Part shown: piece by piece, positions 1 to 9,125 of the stretch | Layout: each line of letters opens with the position of its first letter | How positions within the stretch are numbered: the stretch's first letter is position 1 | Assembly: GCA_943789275.1 (NCBI GenBank) | Contig: CALSTM010000002.1 | Location: 270,001-302,000 of the forward strand | DNA length: 32,000 nt | Direction: 5' to 3' | From: Candidatus Poseidoniaceae archaeon | GTDB taxonomy: Archaea; Thermoplasmatota; Poseidoniia; Poseidoniales; Poseidoniaceae | Notes under the pieces: model-generated | The model's input: only the letters and a program-made list of their open reading frames with translations | Database searches by the model: none | What the model was told of the DNA's origin: nothing | Position numbers and translations under genes: made by a program

Positions 1-34
1 GCTTCAATCGACGCTTTCGACAATGATGGCGTGA

Positions 35-802
35 TTAAGAATACTTTCCGATTGTGTACACTCCGGAACCTGCTTGGTCTCCAACGAACGGATTCGTTTC
101 TTTTTCATGACCAATCGTTGTGAGCGGCCCGTGACCCGGATAGACGATGGTCTCTGGGGCAAGTGGCCACAACTCGGTATGAATCGAATGAGCGAGAACA
201 GTGAAGTCTCCACCGGTATCTGGTAAATCTGTTCGGCCAACTGAACCTGCAAAAAGGGTGTCGCCAACGAACAAGTGGTCAGGCCCACCCTCAACCATAA
301 GTCGCAAGCAACATCCTCCAAGGGTATGACCGGGAGTATGATGAACATCAAATTCAAGTGAACCAACTGTCAGTTTCTCTCCGGCCTGAAGAGAGACATC
401 AGCCACAGCAGGTTCTGGAACTTCAAAACCATAGCGTAGGGCCGAACTTTGGGCTAATGTCTGCAAATAAGTGTCATCGGGGTGAAGATACCAATCCACA
501 TCGTATGCCTTTTTTAGATCAGGAATATGCCCACTGTGGTCGAAATGGGCATGTGTATTGAGAAGAGCGACGACCGTCCGGTTTGGTATGCTCGCCTTTT
601 GCATCTCCTCTGCCGAACGCGGCCCATTTGTCCAATCTGGGCCTTGACCGGAAAAAGAGTGTACCCAATCGATGATTCGTTCCGGTTCAGCACCTCCGTC
701 GATGATGACTGTATCGCCTGTAGCGACATCGGTTACGACTGAGCAGCGCATTTGGAGAATACCAACGAAAAAGTATTCCACCCACGGTTCCTTGACGGCC
801 AT
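35..802 (-). CDS. MBL-fold metallo-hydrolase (glyoxalase II-like)
   Basis: 255-aa ORF. It has the HxHxDH metal motif 'NTHAHFDHSGH', followed by 'HTPGHTLG' and 'GDTLFAGSVGRTD', which are typical of hydroxyacylglutathione-hydrolase-like MBL proteins. Confidence 0.85.
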   Translation of the reverse strand: MAVKEPWVEYFFVGILQMRCSVVTDVATGDTVIIDGGAEPERIIDWVHSFSGQGPDWTNGPRSAEEMQKASIPNRTVVALLNTHAHFDHSGHIPDLKKAYDVDWYLHPDDTYLQTLAQSSALRYGFEVPEPAVADVSLQAGEKLTVGSLEFDVHHTPGHTLGGCCLRLMVEGGPDHLFVGDTLFAGSVGRTDLPDTGGDFTVLAHSIHTELWPLAPETIVYPGHGPLTTIGHEKETNPFVGDQAGSGVYTIGKYS

Positions 803-839
803 GACACTTCGAACCGTTTCTCCTTCAAGAGACTAAGCC

Positions 840-2498
840 TCAGTCAATTACAACTTGCAACGAATCACTGGACCATTGTCCATCTCGGTCACACACCCGT
901 AATTCAAACCTGTAATTCCCACTACCCAGGCGAACTTTGACCTTGCTCGAAGAAGCAATCTCTTTGCCAGTTGAGTCAATCCAAGACCACGTTTGAATGC
1001 GACCCTGAGGGTCGTGGGAATGCGTCCCATCAAGAGTAATAATGGCTTTTCCGTCTGCATCCGCAACGTGTTGTTGGTCGTCACCCGAAACAGCTTGTGG
1101 AACTATAACCTCTCGGATTCCAGTGTTCAACTCATCCAACAGTCCTTCCTCAGGTAAGAGGGCCATGTTGGTAATCGCATCATCCAATTGAGAAAGCAAC
1201 TGTTCAGTATCGATGTCTAATGCACCGTCTGGAGTGACCTGTACAGTTTCACCTTGTAGATCTCCAAGCGCAGCCTGCAAAGCGTCAAGCCCCTCGTCAG
1301 AAGCATTTGCATTTTGTATGGATGCCAGTTCATCAGCGGTAAAGAATTCATTCATTTCATCATCTTCTCTATAGATTTCTTCAGCGGAAAGTGGTAACGC
1401 TTCATCGGTTTTTTCAAACCATAAAGTGAGTTCTGATGCATCCGTTTCAAGCAACGGGTCGGAAAGAGAGAATTGGCCAATTGGTTCTTCTTCGGTCCAA
1501 TCATTTTGGTCCTCTCCTGCAAATAAACAGATGGTCCCGTCGCTGCTCAATTCAAGGAAATTCGGCATACCTTGGTGCTCAATTTTCCATTCTGCACCGT
1601 CTTTATCCCGGCCAAAAATATAGAACCACGCTGAGGCCAGGACGCATCCATTGCGGGAGACAAGGTTTCGAATTGGATACTTACACTCCAAACGAACTTC
1701 ATGAATCAGTTCGGATGCATTGGCCGTCGAGTAAACTACTTTCCCGTCATCAAAGCCACACAGTAATCCATCATCACCGGGAATCGCTTGAACAAGACGA
1801 CTCTTTACATCGTACCGATGTCGCAATTTTTGGTGAACGACATCCCATATTTCAATTTCAAGAACTTCTTCATCACCAGCCACCAATGCATAGCCTTCTC
1901 GGCCAATGACAATATTGTGGTTTGAATCGCTTCCGATGCAGGTGATTGACTCACCTTTCTCACCCCTCATAGGGCGGCTCCACGCTAAAGCTCCGTTCAA
2001 AAGAGCTTGGACTTTGCCGTTTTCATACGCTAATACGAGATAATCTCCAACGCTTTGCATGTGTAAAATATCTTCGTAAGTACCCTGTAGGGGATACTCC
2101 GAACCGTCGTATCGAACTAGAAACAACCTGCCTAAACCATCGACTACTGCCAAACCAAAAGGAGTCTGTTGAAGATCGAATCCGCCTGCACCGACTTCCA
2201 GTTGCCATTCGACCTTTCCTGTGAAATCAAGACATGAGACTCCATGTGCGTCATCTAAGACGTACACAGAATTACCTCGCACCGCGATGCCACGTACCAG
2301 CGATGCGGCTTTCCAAGAACCGCTCACCGTAAATTTGGAGTGCTCTTGTTGAGCGATGAAAACTTGACCATCTCCTTCTGACCAAGCCACAACCTGTCCG
2401 TTCAGAGAAAGAACAAGCGCAGTGACTTTGGCTTCCGGTTGGAACGCAATTTGAACCGGACGACTTCTGAGCATGATGCGATGAGGCAGCGGCCTCAA
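840..2498 (-). CDS. Hypothetical protein: beta-propeller-like repeats, acidic linker and C-terminal PKD/Ig-like domain
   Basis: 552-aa ORF. The N-terminal ~340 aa are repetitive and beta-strand rich (PQQ/WD-like units such as 'FTGKVEWQLEVG' and 'ENGKVQALLNGALAWS'). A long D/E-rich linker follows. The C-terminus 'ITLDGTHSHDPQGRIQTWSWID...GNYRFELRVCDRDGQWSSDSLQVV' looks like a PKD domain. No signal peptide or TM helix is visible at the N-terminus. Confidence 0.6.
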   Translation of the reverse strand: MRPLPHRIMLRSRPVQIAFQPEAKVTALVLSLNGQVVAWSEGDGQVFIAQQEHSKFTVSGSWKAASLVRGIAVRGNSVYVLDDAHGVSCLDFTGKVEWQLEVGAGGFDLQQTPFGLAVVDGLGRLFLVRYDGSEYPLQGTYEDILHMQSVGDYLVLAYENGKVQALLNGALAWSRPMRGEKGESITCIGSDSNHNIVIGREGYALVAGDEEVLEIEIWDVVHQKLRHRYDVKSRLVQAIPGDDGLLCGFDDGKVVYSTANASELIHEVRLECKYPIRNLVSRNGCVLASAWFYIFGRDKDGAEWKIEHQGMPNFLELSSDGTICLFAGEDQNDWTEEEPIGQFSLSDPLLETDASELTLWFEKTDEALPLSAEEIYREDDEMNEFFTADELASIQNANASDEGLDALQAALGDLQGETVQVTPDGALDIDTEQLLSQLDDAITNMALLPEEGLLDELNTGIREVIVPQAVSGDDQQHVADADGKAIITLDGTHSHDPQGRIQTWSWIDSTGKEIASSSKVKVRLGSGNYRFELRVCDRDGQWSSDSLQVVID

Positions 2499-2524
2499 TT
2501 AACCTCATCCCTTTGTTGGGAGGT

Positions 2525-3454
2525 TCACTGGAACCAAGTCGTCGTGTCAGGATGTGGCCGGAAGAGGCTTGGCGATTCCAAATGTTTCCAGAGAGCCAAT
2601 TTTTCCCCTTCAGTCCAACCGCATAAAGGCTCTAACGTGCACAAAGGTGTCGTTTTGATGGCTTCTTCTCTTCGTTCAATAAAAGGCTGAGCTTGTTGGA
2701 TACTCAAGCCTACTGTACCCCATGCAGGCCGTTGAAATGTACGGTTTTTATCGTCCCGAGTTCGACTTCGAACACCAATGAATGGGTCCCATTTTTTCAA
2801 CACAGCGATATGCTCTTCCTTTGATTCGAGAACGGGAATAATTCTTGAACCTCTTCGCATAATTAAAAAACAACCAAGCACATCATCCCGAGTCCTAAGT
2901 TGGGCAAGAACATCACCTTGTACTCCTGTTGGTAACCCTCCTGGACCCAAAGTTCGTTTTTCGATGGAGGACACCTTGCCCGGTTCAAGAATAATTTTGA
3001 CCCACCAGTCCGGATGAGAGAGGTCAACAGACAAGGATGGGTCCATTTCAATCAAGATTGAACCGAGTGCACGGGCATACGATTGAGAATCCCATTCCTC
3101 TTTTTTCCCCAACCGCTTGATTCGGACTCCAAATGTCCGTGGCTCGCCCACTCGAGAATGGCGTTCAAGAACCTGCTTAGCGACCACATTCGGGTCGAGA
3201 TCTTCTGAAAGTTCAACAATGCGTTCAAAAGCCACAATACCGAGGCCATGGCAAATCAAATCTTCAACGGCTTCAGTGGGTGCTTCGGAATAGACGACAT
3301 CAAAATCCCTCAAGCGAGAACGTCGAATTGGAACCGAAGTATTTTTTGAAAGTTGAACCAGATTTTTACGCAGCGCACGCTGGAACGAACGCCGAACCAC
3401 TTTCGACTTTAATCCAAGTTCTCCAAAACGTAAAATCCACGATTGTTGAGCCAT
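2525..3454 (-). CDS. ThiI-like THUMP-domain protein with a degenerate PP-loop
   Basis: 309-aa ORF. It starts 'ILRFGELGLKSKVVRRSF' like ThiI ('RxGEIxLKGKNR'), has a THUMP-like middle and the 'GPGGLPTGVQG' junction. Where ThiI carries SGGxDS, this protein reads 'LRTRDDV'. The C-terminal half is shortened. Confidence 0.6.
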   Translation of the reverse strand: MAQQSWILRFGELGLKSKVVRRSFQRALRKNLVQLSKNTSVPIRRSRLRDFDVVYSEAPTEAVEDLICHGLGIVAFERIVELSEDLDPNVVAKQVLERHSRVGEPRTFGVRIKRLGKKEEWDSQSYARALGSILIEMDPSLSVDLSHPDWWVKIILEPGKVSSIEKRTLGPGGLPTGVQGDVLAQLRTRDDVLGCFLIMRRGSRIIPVLESKEEHIAVLKKWDPFIGVRSRTRDDKNRTFQRPAWGTVGLSIQQAQPFIERREEAIKTTPLCTLEPLCGWTEGEKLALWKHLESPSLFRPHPDTTTWFQ

Positions 3455-3463
3455 GTACAGGCC

Positions 3464-5005
3464 TCAATCTTCGGTGTCGTTGTGCATGTCTACGATTTCG
3501 TCGTCCTCGTTGGATTCTACTTTTGCAGTGTCGTTACGAGATGCATTGAGTGCATCAAGATAGGCTTGGTCAATCCCTCCAGTGACGTATTCACCGTTGA
3601 AACAACTGGTATCAAAACGAGAGGGTGGGTTGCTTCCGATGGATGTCGCCTCGATGAGGTCTTCCAGAGATTGATAGAAGAGACGGTCGCTTCCAATGAT
3701 GGCATTGATTTCATCGATGGATTTTCCGTCGGCAATGAACTCATTGATTGCAGGCATGTCAATCCCATACACATTTGGATAGCGAACAGGAGGTGCAGCT
3801 GAAGCAAAGTAAACTTTTGAAGCGCCAACATCACGAGCCATTTCGATGATCTGAGCACTGGTTGTACCCCGAACGATGGAATCATCAACCAAAAGGATGT
3901 TCTTGCCTGAGAACTCATGCTCGATAGCATTCAGTTTTCGACGGACGGATTTCTCACGAAGGGCTTGCCCTGGCATGATAAAAGTCCGGCCAACATAACG
4001 GTTCTTGACAAAGCCTTCTCGGTACGGCACGTCAAGAGCTTTCGCCATCTGCAATGCTGCAATCCGGCCCGAGTCTGGCACAGGAATGACCGCATCGATA
4101 TCGTGGTCTGGCCATTGCTCAAGGATACGTTTTGCCAACACATCTCCTTGGTTAAGACGTGCATGGTAGACCGAAATACCGTCAATCACTGAATCAGGTC
4201 GTGCGAAATAGACGTGCTCAAAAATACATGGAGATGCTTCGACTTTTTCGGCGCATTGCCGATGGAACAAGTGGCCCGAATTGGAAATGAAAATTGCTTC
4301 ACCAGGCTCAACATCTCGTACTATATCAAATCCGAGTGCGGTAATTGCAACCGATTCACTGGCGACAATCCATTCTGAGCGTCCATCAACTTCACGAGTG
4401 CCGAAAATCAACGGCCGGATACCGTATGGATCTCTAAAAGCAAGAAGGCCATATCCAGATATAATCGAAACACAAGCATAACTTCCTTCAACCCGTTGGT
4501 GGACATTGGACACCGCACTAAAAACGGTTTCAACATCCAAGTGGGGAGCACCCTCAATCGAAAGGCTTGAGCCGTTGGAATCCAGTTCAACAGCCAACAT
4601 ATTGAGCAGTAACTCGGAATCACTGGTGGTGTTCATGTGTCGGTGATGTTGATCGGTCAATTGGATTTGAAGTTCAGCAGCATTGGTGAGATTACCGTTA
4701 TGAGCAAGGCCCAAGCCATAAGGAGAATTGACATAGAAGGGTTGAGCCTCTGAACGTGAAGAAGAACCTGCAGTAGGGTAACGGACATGACCAATTCCGA
4801 CATGGCCTTGCAATCGACGCATGTGGCGCGTATAGAAGATGTCGGAAACCAAGCCGTTTGATTTCCTCAAGCGGAATTGCCCATTGAAATCGGTCATGAT
4901 TCCAGCAGCATCTTGACCTCGATGTTGAAGGACGGTGAGACCGTCATAAATGAGTTGGTTGACATGGACATTTTCACGTCCCACGATTCCAATGATTCCA
5001 CACAT
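3464..5005 (-). CDS. purF: Amidophosphoribosyltransferase (glutamine-PRPP amidotransferase)
   Basis: 513-aa ORF. It begins 'MCGIIGIVG' (Ntn-amidotransferase Cys2). It also has 'HVRYPTAG', '[10 protein letters not shown]', '[13 protein letters not shown]' and the PRPP-binding loop '[13 protein letters not shown]'. Confidence 0.95.
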   Translation of the reverse strand: MCGIIGIVGRENVHVNQLIYDGLTVLQHRGQDAAGIMTDFNGQFRLRKSNGLVSDIFYTRHMRRLQGHVGIGHVRYPTAGSSSRSEAQPFYVNSPYGLGLAHNGNLTNAAELQIQLTDQHHRHMNTTSDSELLLNMLAVELDSNGSSLSIEGAPHLDVETVFSAVSNVHQRVEGSYACVSIISGYGLLAFRDPYGIRPLIFGTREVDGRSEWIVASESVAITALGFDIVRDVEPGEAIFISNSGHLFHRQCAEKVEASPCIFEHVYFARPDSVIDGISVYHARLNQGDVLAKRILEQWPDHDIDAVIPVPDSGRIAALQMAKALDVPYREGFVKNRYVGRTFIMPGQALREKSVRRKLNAIEHEFSGKNILLVDDSIVRGTTSAQIIEMARDVGASKVYFASAAPPVRYPNVYGIDMPAINEFIADGKSIDEINAIIGSDRLFYQSLEDLIEATSIGSNPPSRFDTSCFNGEYVTGGIDQAYLDALNASRNDTAKVESNEDDEIVDMHNDTED

Positions 5006-5072
5006 TGTACTGCCTCAAATGTATCGAGTGCTTGGCGCTTTGTAGCCATTCCGGCTCAAGTCATCACCAGAA

Positions 5073-5252
5073 TCAAGCCTTAGGACGGTGTGCCTTCTTG
5101 GACCAACTGAACTTGCGCATGCGAGCAGTCTCCCCGTATCCGCACGATGCGCAGACCGACTTTTGCTTGTGATATGCATTACGGCCACAGCGGCGGCAGC
5201 GAATGTGAGTTGTCTTCTGACGCTTACCCATGGATGGAGTACCTTTCGACAT
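5073..5252 (-). CDS. rpl37e: 50S ribosomal protein L37e (eL37)
   Basis: '[40 protein letters not shown]' has the eL37 zinc-ribbon CxxC...CxxC. I chose the internal ATG at 5252. The track ORF extends 8 codons further, to 5276. Confidence 0.9.
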   Translation of the reverse strand: MSKGTPSMGKRQKTTHIRCRRCGRNAYHKQKSVCASCGYGETARMRKFSWSKKAHRPKA

Positions 5253-5328
5253 AGAAACACCGTATAATCGCTCCACCGACCTCCCCCTTATGAAATCGAC
5301 GGCGGAGGAACCCCCGTTTGATACGCCA

Positions 5329-5805
5329 TCACTCTTCTTCTAAAGTGAAATTAATACGGCGTTTTTGCGAAGTAATCACCGAAAATGTGGCTCCAAGGGA
5401 GACGCAGAATGCGAGTAAGACCGCTCCCGCAGAAACGAGTGTGTGAACGATGTTGTAAATGGCTTGGGCCTGTACAGAGCCATTGTTTTCGAGCAGCATT
5501 GGACCCTGGTTAATGAAAAACAATGTTGCAGCAACGCCCAACAACGAAGCACAGAGCATTCCAACCAAAGGAGCCAAGGGTCTATTTCTTGATTCGCCGT
5601 AGAAGAAAAGGTTGCCAAGCAGAGCTATTGAACACAGAGTGTAAGCCGTTAAGGTTGCATTCGCAAATCGAGTAAAGGTTACATCACGGTCAAAACTCTG
5701 AATCCCCGATGAAAGGGTAATCTCGATGGCCAGTATGAGGAGCAATGGAAGAACAAACGCAAGTGCCATCATTCGCCATGTTACGGCGAGACGTGAGCCA
5801 ATCAT
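5329..5805 (-). CDS. Hypothetical integral membrane protein (about 4-5 TM helices)
   Basis: 158-aa ORF with hydrophobic helices throughout. Its start overlaps the stop of the upstream membrane-protein gene by 4 nt (5802-5805), which suggests translational coupling. Confidence 0.6.
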   Translation of the reverse strand: MIGSRLAVTWRMMALAFVLPLLLILAIEITLSSGIQSFDRDVTFTRFANATLTAYTLCSIALLGNLFFYGESRNRPLAPLVGMLCASLLGVAATLFFINQGPMLLENNGSVQAQAIYNIVHTLVSAGAVLLAFCVSLGATFSVITSQKRRINFTLEEE

Positions 5806-6623
5806 TCTTCATTCCCCCCAATGTGTGAAGCAATGACATTGGCAACCTGTTTGAGTTCAGTAACGCTTGGTGCTTCGATCGTTGTCGGTGGAGGAAGCGT
5901 TTTTTCATAGATGAAGATGACAAGAGCAAAGATAAGTATTGAGAGCATACTTCCAACTGCAAGACCTGCAAGGTCAGCGACTGCAAGCCACAAATGCTCT
6001 CTAAAATCATCGGTTGTCATCAATGGCCCGTCAACATTCAATCCGAGTAAGAGCATGATGAACCCAAGGCCAGAAAGCAAGAACATGTAGTTTGATTCGT
6101 TCTTTCTCTCATCACCAATTGTGAGCAAAGCAATGGCTGCTAGCGAGGATAAACAAGTAGTAAGGAGGAGGAAGATTGGCCAAAAAACATACCAGTATAC
6201 GTTGATTTCTCCGCTTGCGATTTGGGGTGTAAGGATCCACCAATGCATCCCTGCAAACCAGGCAAACCCAACAGAAGACAGAATGATACCAAGCCTTCTG
6301 TCGCTTCGTGGCAAACGTCCAACAGGTACATTGCCAGAAAAGGAAATCAAGTATATCCCGAGGATAATCAGCACAGACGGCCCAATAATGGCGCCGAGTA
6401 AATGACCTGCGGCGGTTGATGGAGATGAGGGGACGGTCCACGGACTAACGCACACCATCACGAGGCCAAGGAACGAAAGAATTCGACCGAAAGATTTGCG
6501 TTGGTCGTTGGCAGAGGAAAGTAAAATCCACACCCCAAAAGGCACCACAGCGACGGGAAGCCAAAACAACAGTAAGGCCTGAAGCATCTCGTCCATACTA
6601 CCTCTCACAGTATGAATGTTCAT
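5802..6623 (-). CDS. Hypothetical integral membrane protein (about 7 TM helices)
   Basis: 273-aa ORF with multiple long hydrophobic segments and a polar acidic C-terminal tail. I did not recognise any family motif. Confidence 0.6.
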   Translation of the reverse strand: MNIHTVRGSMDEMLQALLLFWLPVAVVPFGVWILLSSANDQRKSFGRILSFLGLVMVCVSPWTVPSSPSTAAGHLLGAIIGPSVLIILGIYLISFSGNVPVGRLPRSDRRLGIILSSVGFAWFAGMHWWILTPQIASGEINVYWYVFWPIFLLLTTCLSSLAAIALLTIGDERKNESNYMFLLSGLGFIMLLLGLNVDGPLMTTDDFREHLWLAVADLAGLAVGSMLSILIFALVIFIYEKTLPPPTTIEAPSVTELKQVANVIASHIGGNEE

Positions 6624-6728
6624 TATCTATCCCCTTATTTTCACCTCAGTCGCTCGATTTTTACTTACCAACGATTGCGGCACTCCTAAATACCCGACTC
6701 TTGTGGGCCGAATGCTCAAGGTGCTCTT

Positions 6729-7013
6729 ATGGTGAAAATGCCACGACAAGTCAAGCGTTACAGCCCATCGGCTGGTAAGCATACTATGCACACCATCGAG
6801 CGTGTCAAGAAAAGACGCGCTTCTGAACTCCGATGGGGACAGCGCCGTTTCCGACGCGTTATGGCCGGTTACCGTGGTTTCCCACGTCCAAAGCCAGAAG
6901 GTCGTGAAAAGCCTACCAAGCGAGTGAACATTCTCTACCGTTGCACAGAAACTGGCAAGGCTCACTATGCGCCGTGCCAGCGTGCCAAGAAATTCGAATT
7001 AATTGACAAGTGA
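6729..7013 (+). CDS. rpl44e: 50S ribosomal protein L44e (eL42), cysteine-poor variant
   Basis: 'MVKMPRQVKRY...HTIERVKKRRASELRWGQRRFRRVMAGYRGFPRPKPEGREKPTKRVNILYRCTETGKAH' is collinear with archaeal L44e. An AGGTG lies about 7 nt upstream of the ATG. Confidence 0.9.
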   Translation: MVKMPRQVKRYSPSAGKHTMHTIERVKKRRASELRWGQRRFRRVMAGYRGFPRPKPEGREKPTKRVNILYRCTETGKAHYAPCQRAKKFELIDK

Positions 7014-7023
7014 GTTGAACGAC

Positions 7024-7194
7024 ATGGCACAAAATTTCCTTAAAGTATCCTGCAAAGATTGCGGTAACGAAACCACAATTTATTCTCGGGCAACCTCTGT
7101 CATTTCTTGCGGAGTTTGTGGTGCTACCCTTACCAGCCCCTCTGGCGGTAAGGCTGACTTGATTGGCTGCACTGTTGTGGAAGCACTTGAATGA
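7024..7194 (+). CDS. rps27e: 30S ribosomal protein S27e (eS27)
   Basis: 'MAQNFLKVSCKDCGNETTIYSRATSVISCGVCGATLTSPSGGKA' has the eS27 zinc ribbon. I preferred the ATG at 7024 over the TTG at 7003, which lies inside rpl44e. Confidence 0.9.
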   Translation: MAQNFLKVSCKDCGNETTIYSRATSVISCGVCGATLTSPSGGKADLIGCTVVEALE

Positions 7195-7209
7195 GGAGGC
7201 GAAGCCTCC
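7195..7209 (+). promoter_or_regulatory. Shine-Dalgarno (GGAGG) embedded in a perfect 6-bp hairpin between rps27e and aIF2-alpha
   Basis: GGAGGC (7195-7200), GAA loop, GCCTCC (7204-7209). The hairpin begins 1 nt after the rps27e stop (7192-7194) and ends 1 nt before the aIF2-alpha ATG (7211). Confidence 0.4.
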
Positions 7210-7210
7210 G

Positions 7211-7996
7211 ATGTCCGAAATCACCAATACGCCAAAAGAAGGCGAACTTGTTGTCGTAACGGTGACGACCGTAAAGCAAAACGGTTGCTACGTTAAACTT
7301 GATGAGTTCGAAGGTGTTGAGGGATTCATCTTTATTGGTGAAATTGCAAGCGGTTGGGTCAAAAACATCCGAGTCTTTGTTCGTGAAGGTCAACGGCTTA
7401 TCTGTAAGGTAATGCGAACGCGTAAAGATGGAACTTCACTTGAACTCTCGCTCAAATCTGTTTCAGAAGAACGACGCCGAGAACGCCTCCAAGAATGGAA
7501 AAATGAACAGAGAGCGCACCAACTTCTCAAAGTACTTGGTGAAAAGGTTGGCTGGGATGAATCCGAGATCAAATCATCTGGAGAAGAACTCACTGACGCC
7601 TTTGGGGGATTGTACACCGCTTTTGAAGAAGCCGCAATGAATGAAGGCGCACTTACCGACGCTGGGTTTGAAGGCGATTGGTTGAAAGAATTCATTGAGA
7701 TGGCCATTGAGAACATCATTCCTGCCTTCGTTGAAATTCGAGGCATACTCACGCTAAGCATCAACGACATCAATGGTGTTGAAGTTATTCAAAAGGCTCT
7801 CCTCGCAGCTGAATCGCTTTCTTCGGCCGAAGAAGAAATTGAAGTTTCATGCCACTACAACGGCGCACCAGAATACAGAATTGAACTGAAAGCACCTGAT
7901 TTCAAAACCGCTGAAAGTATTTGGGAGAATGCTACGAAAACAACCCTTGAGCATGTTATTGCAGCGGGTGGAGAAGCCACTGCTTTGCGAGAATGA
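7211..7996 (+). CDS. eif2a: Translation initiation factor aIF2 alpha subunit
   Basis: The N-terminal S1/OB domain reads 'PKEGELVVVTVTTVKQNGCYVKLDEFEGVEGFIFIGEIASGWVKNIRVFVREGQ', followed by 'LSLKSVSEERRRERLQEWKNEQRAHQLL'. The ATG at 7211 follows a GGAGG. The track ORF starts earlier, at 7163, inside rps27e. Confidence 0.9.
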   Translation: MSEITNTPKEGELVVVTVTTVKQNGCYVKLDEFEGVEGFIFIGEIASGWVKNIRVFVREGQRLICKVMRTRKDGTSLELSLKSVSEERRRERLQEWKNEQRAHQLLKVLGEKVGWDESEIKSSGEELTDAFGGLYTAFEEAAMNEGALTDAGFEGDWLKEFIEMAIENIIPAFVEIRGILTLSINDINGVEVIQKALLAAESLSSAEEEIEVSCHYNGAPEYRIELKAPDFKTAESIWENATKTTLEHVIAAGGEATALRE

Positions 7997-8035
7997 AGCG
8001 TTTGAGTCATAAGCAATGTCGATGCAGGTGATACC

Positions 8036-8278
8036 ATGGCACGACAACTGTTGCAACAATGTCTCGAGTGTGGAGCATGGACTTTGGCAACAACTTGCCC
8101 TTCTTGCGGCTCAAAAGCACAAGCCGCAGCACCTCTCAAATGGTCACCAGAAGATCACCGTGCTTCGATTCGCAGAAAGATGTACAATGTCGAATCCTCA
8201 GAATGGTCTGCTAATCTTGCAACCTTGCCTTCACTCGACGAAATGAAAGCATCACATCTTGCTTCAGAAGAAGAATGA
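8036..8278 (+). CDS. nop10: H/ACA RNP protein Nop10 with an acidic C-terminal extension
   Basis: 'LQQCLECGAWTLATTCPSCGSKAQAAAPLKWSPEDHRASIRRKM' matches the Nop10 zinc ribbon plus the 'SPED' linker. AGGTGAT lies 4 nt upstream of the ATG. The roughly 20-25 extra C-terminal residues end in 'ASEEE'. Confidence 0.8.
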   Translation: MARQLLQQCLECGAWTLATTCPSCGSKAQAAAPLKWSPEDHRASIRRKMYNVESSEWSANLATLPSLDEMKASHLASEEE

Positions 8279-8312
8279 TGCCGGTTCAAATCCACATCAA
8301 AATTGATTCTTT

Positions 8313-9122
8313 TTGCACGCTTTCGATGTCAAACATTATAGCGCGGCGGAAGACGATACGCAGTATATGGGATTAAATATCGAATGGCGGAGCTCCAACA
8401 ACAAAATTGGTGAACACGAAATCCTTCTCTTTGCACTCCCTGGGGTAGGCAACGTTGGAAAAGTAGCCATTGAAGGCATCAATTCTTGCCATGTGCAACA
8501 AGAAATTGCGCGACTCCACCACACCTCACTCCCGCCTTTGGCTACACTCGACGAAGATGGCTTACTCGCACCCCCACACCTCACCCTCTCCGCTATAGAA
8601 TCGGTCACTGGGAAACGGGTTTTGACCCTAACAGGCACCTCACAACCACTCGAACCTGAACATCAAGGCTCAATGGCCCATGAAGTTCTTGAATGGCTTT
8701 CATCGCAGGGCGTTACAGCGCTGTATGTTCTTGCTGGACTCATGGATTCACCGTCGCGGAAAGAAACGTTCATCGTTGCCTCAAACGCATCTCATCGTAT
8801 CGATTTAGAATCGCTTGGAGTCGATGTCCGAAGAGATGAGCCGAAATCCGGAGCAATTGGTCTGGCGGCCTTGATCGCTTCAATCGGGCCGTTGTACGCT
8901 ATTCATTCAGCATGCGCCATCGCCACTACAGTTGGTTCGAGTGGAGATGCTTTTGCCTCGCAAAGATTGCTGGAATCTCTTGACGCTTGGTTTGACCTTG
9001 GAATTGCATTGCCGAATGATGTTCAGTCAAAACTTACCGACAAGTTGGCAGCACTTGCACCCGGAAGCGTACCTGATATGGTCAGCGATTTGACTGAATC
9101 GCCTGATGCCTTCTACATGTGA
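8313..9122 (+). CDS. PAC2-family (proteasome assembly chaperone-like) protein
   Basis: 'ILLFALPGVGNVGKVAIEGI...LTGTSQP...ALYVLAGL' fits the PAC2/COG1938 pattern, and the gene sits in the usual archaeal position after nop10. The track start at 8313 is TTG. The first ATG is at 8367 ('MGLNIEW') and is an alternative start. Confidence 0.6.
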   Translation: MHAFDVKHYSAAEDDTQYMGLNIEWRSSNNKIGEHEILLFALPGVGNVGKVAIEGINSCHVQQEIARLHHTSLPPLATLDEDGLLAPPHLTLSAIESVTGKRVLTLTGTSQPLEPEHQGSMAHEVLEWLSSQGVTALYVLAGLMDSPSRKETFIVASNASHRIDLESLGVDVRRDEPKSGAIGLAALIASIGPLYAIHSACAIATTVGSSGDAFASQRLLESLDAWFDLGIALPNDVQSKLTDKLAALAPGSVPDMVSDLTESPDAFYM

Positions 9123-9125
9123 AAA

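Noticed and set aside
8281-8297. The T-loop-like sequence GGTTCAAATCC just after nop10, which might mark a tRNA.
   Set aside because: The flanks do not pair. After the TTCAAAT loop the sequence is CCACA rather than the complement of GCCGG. No acceptor, D or anticodon stems can be drawn upstream, which is nop10 coding sequence.
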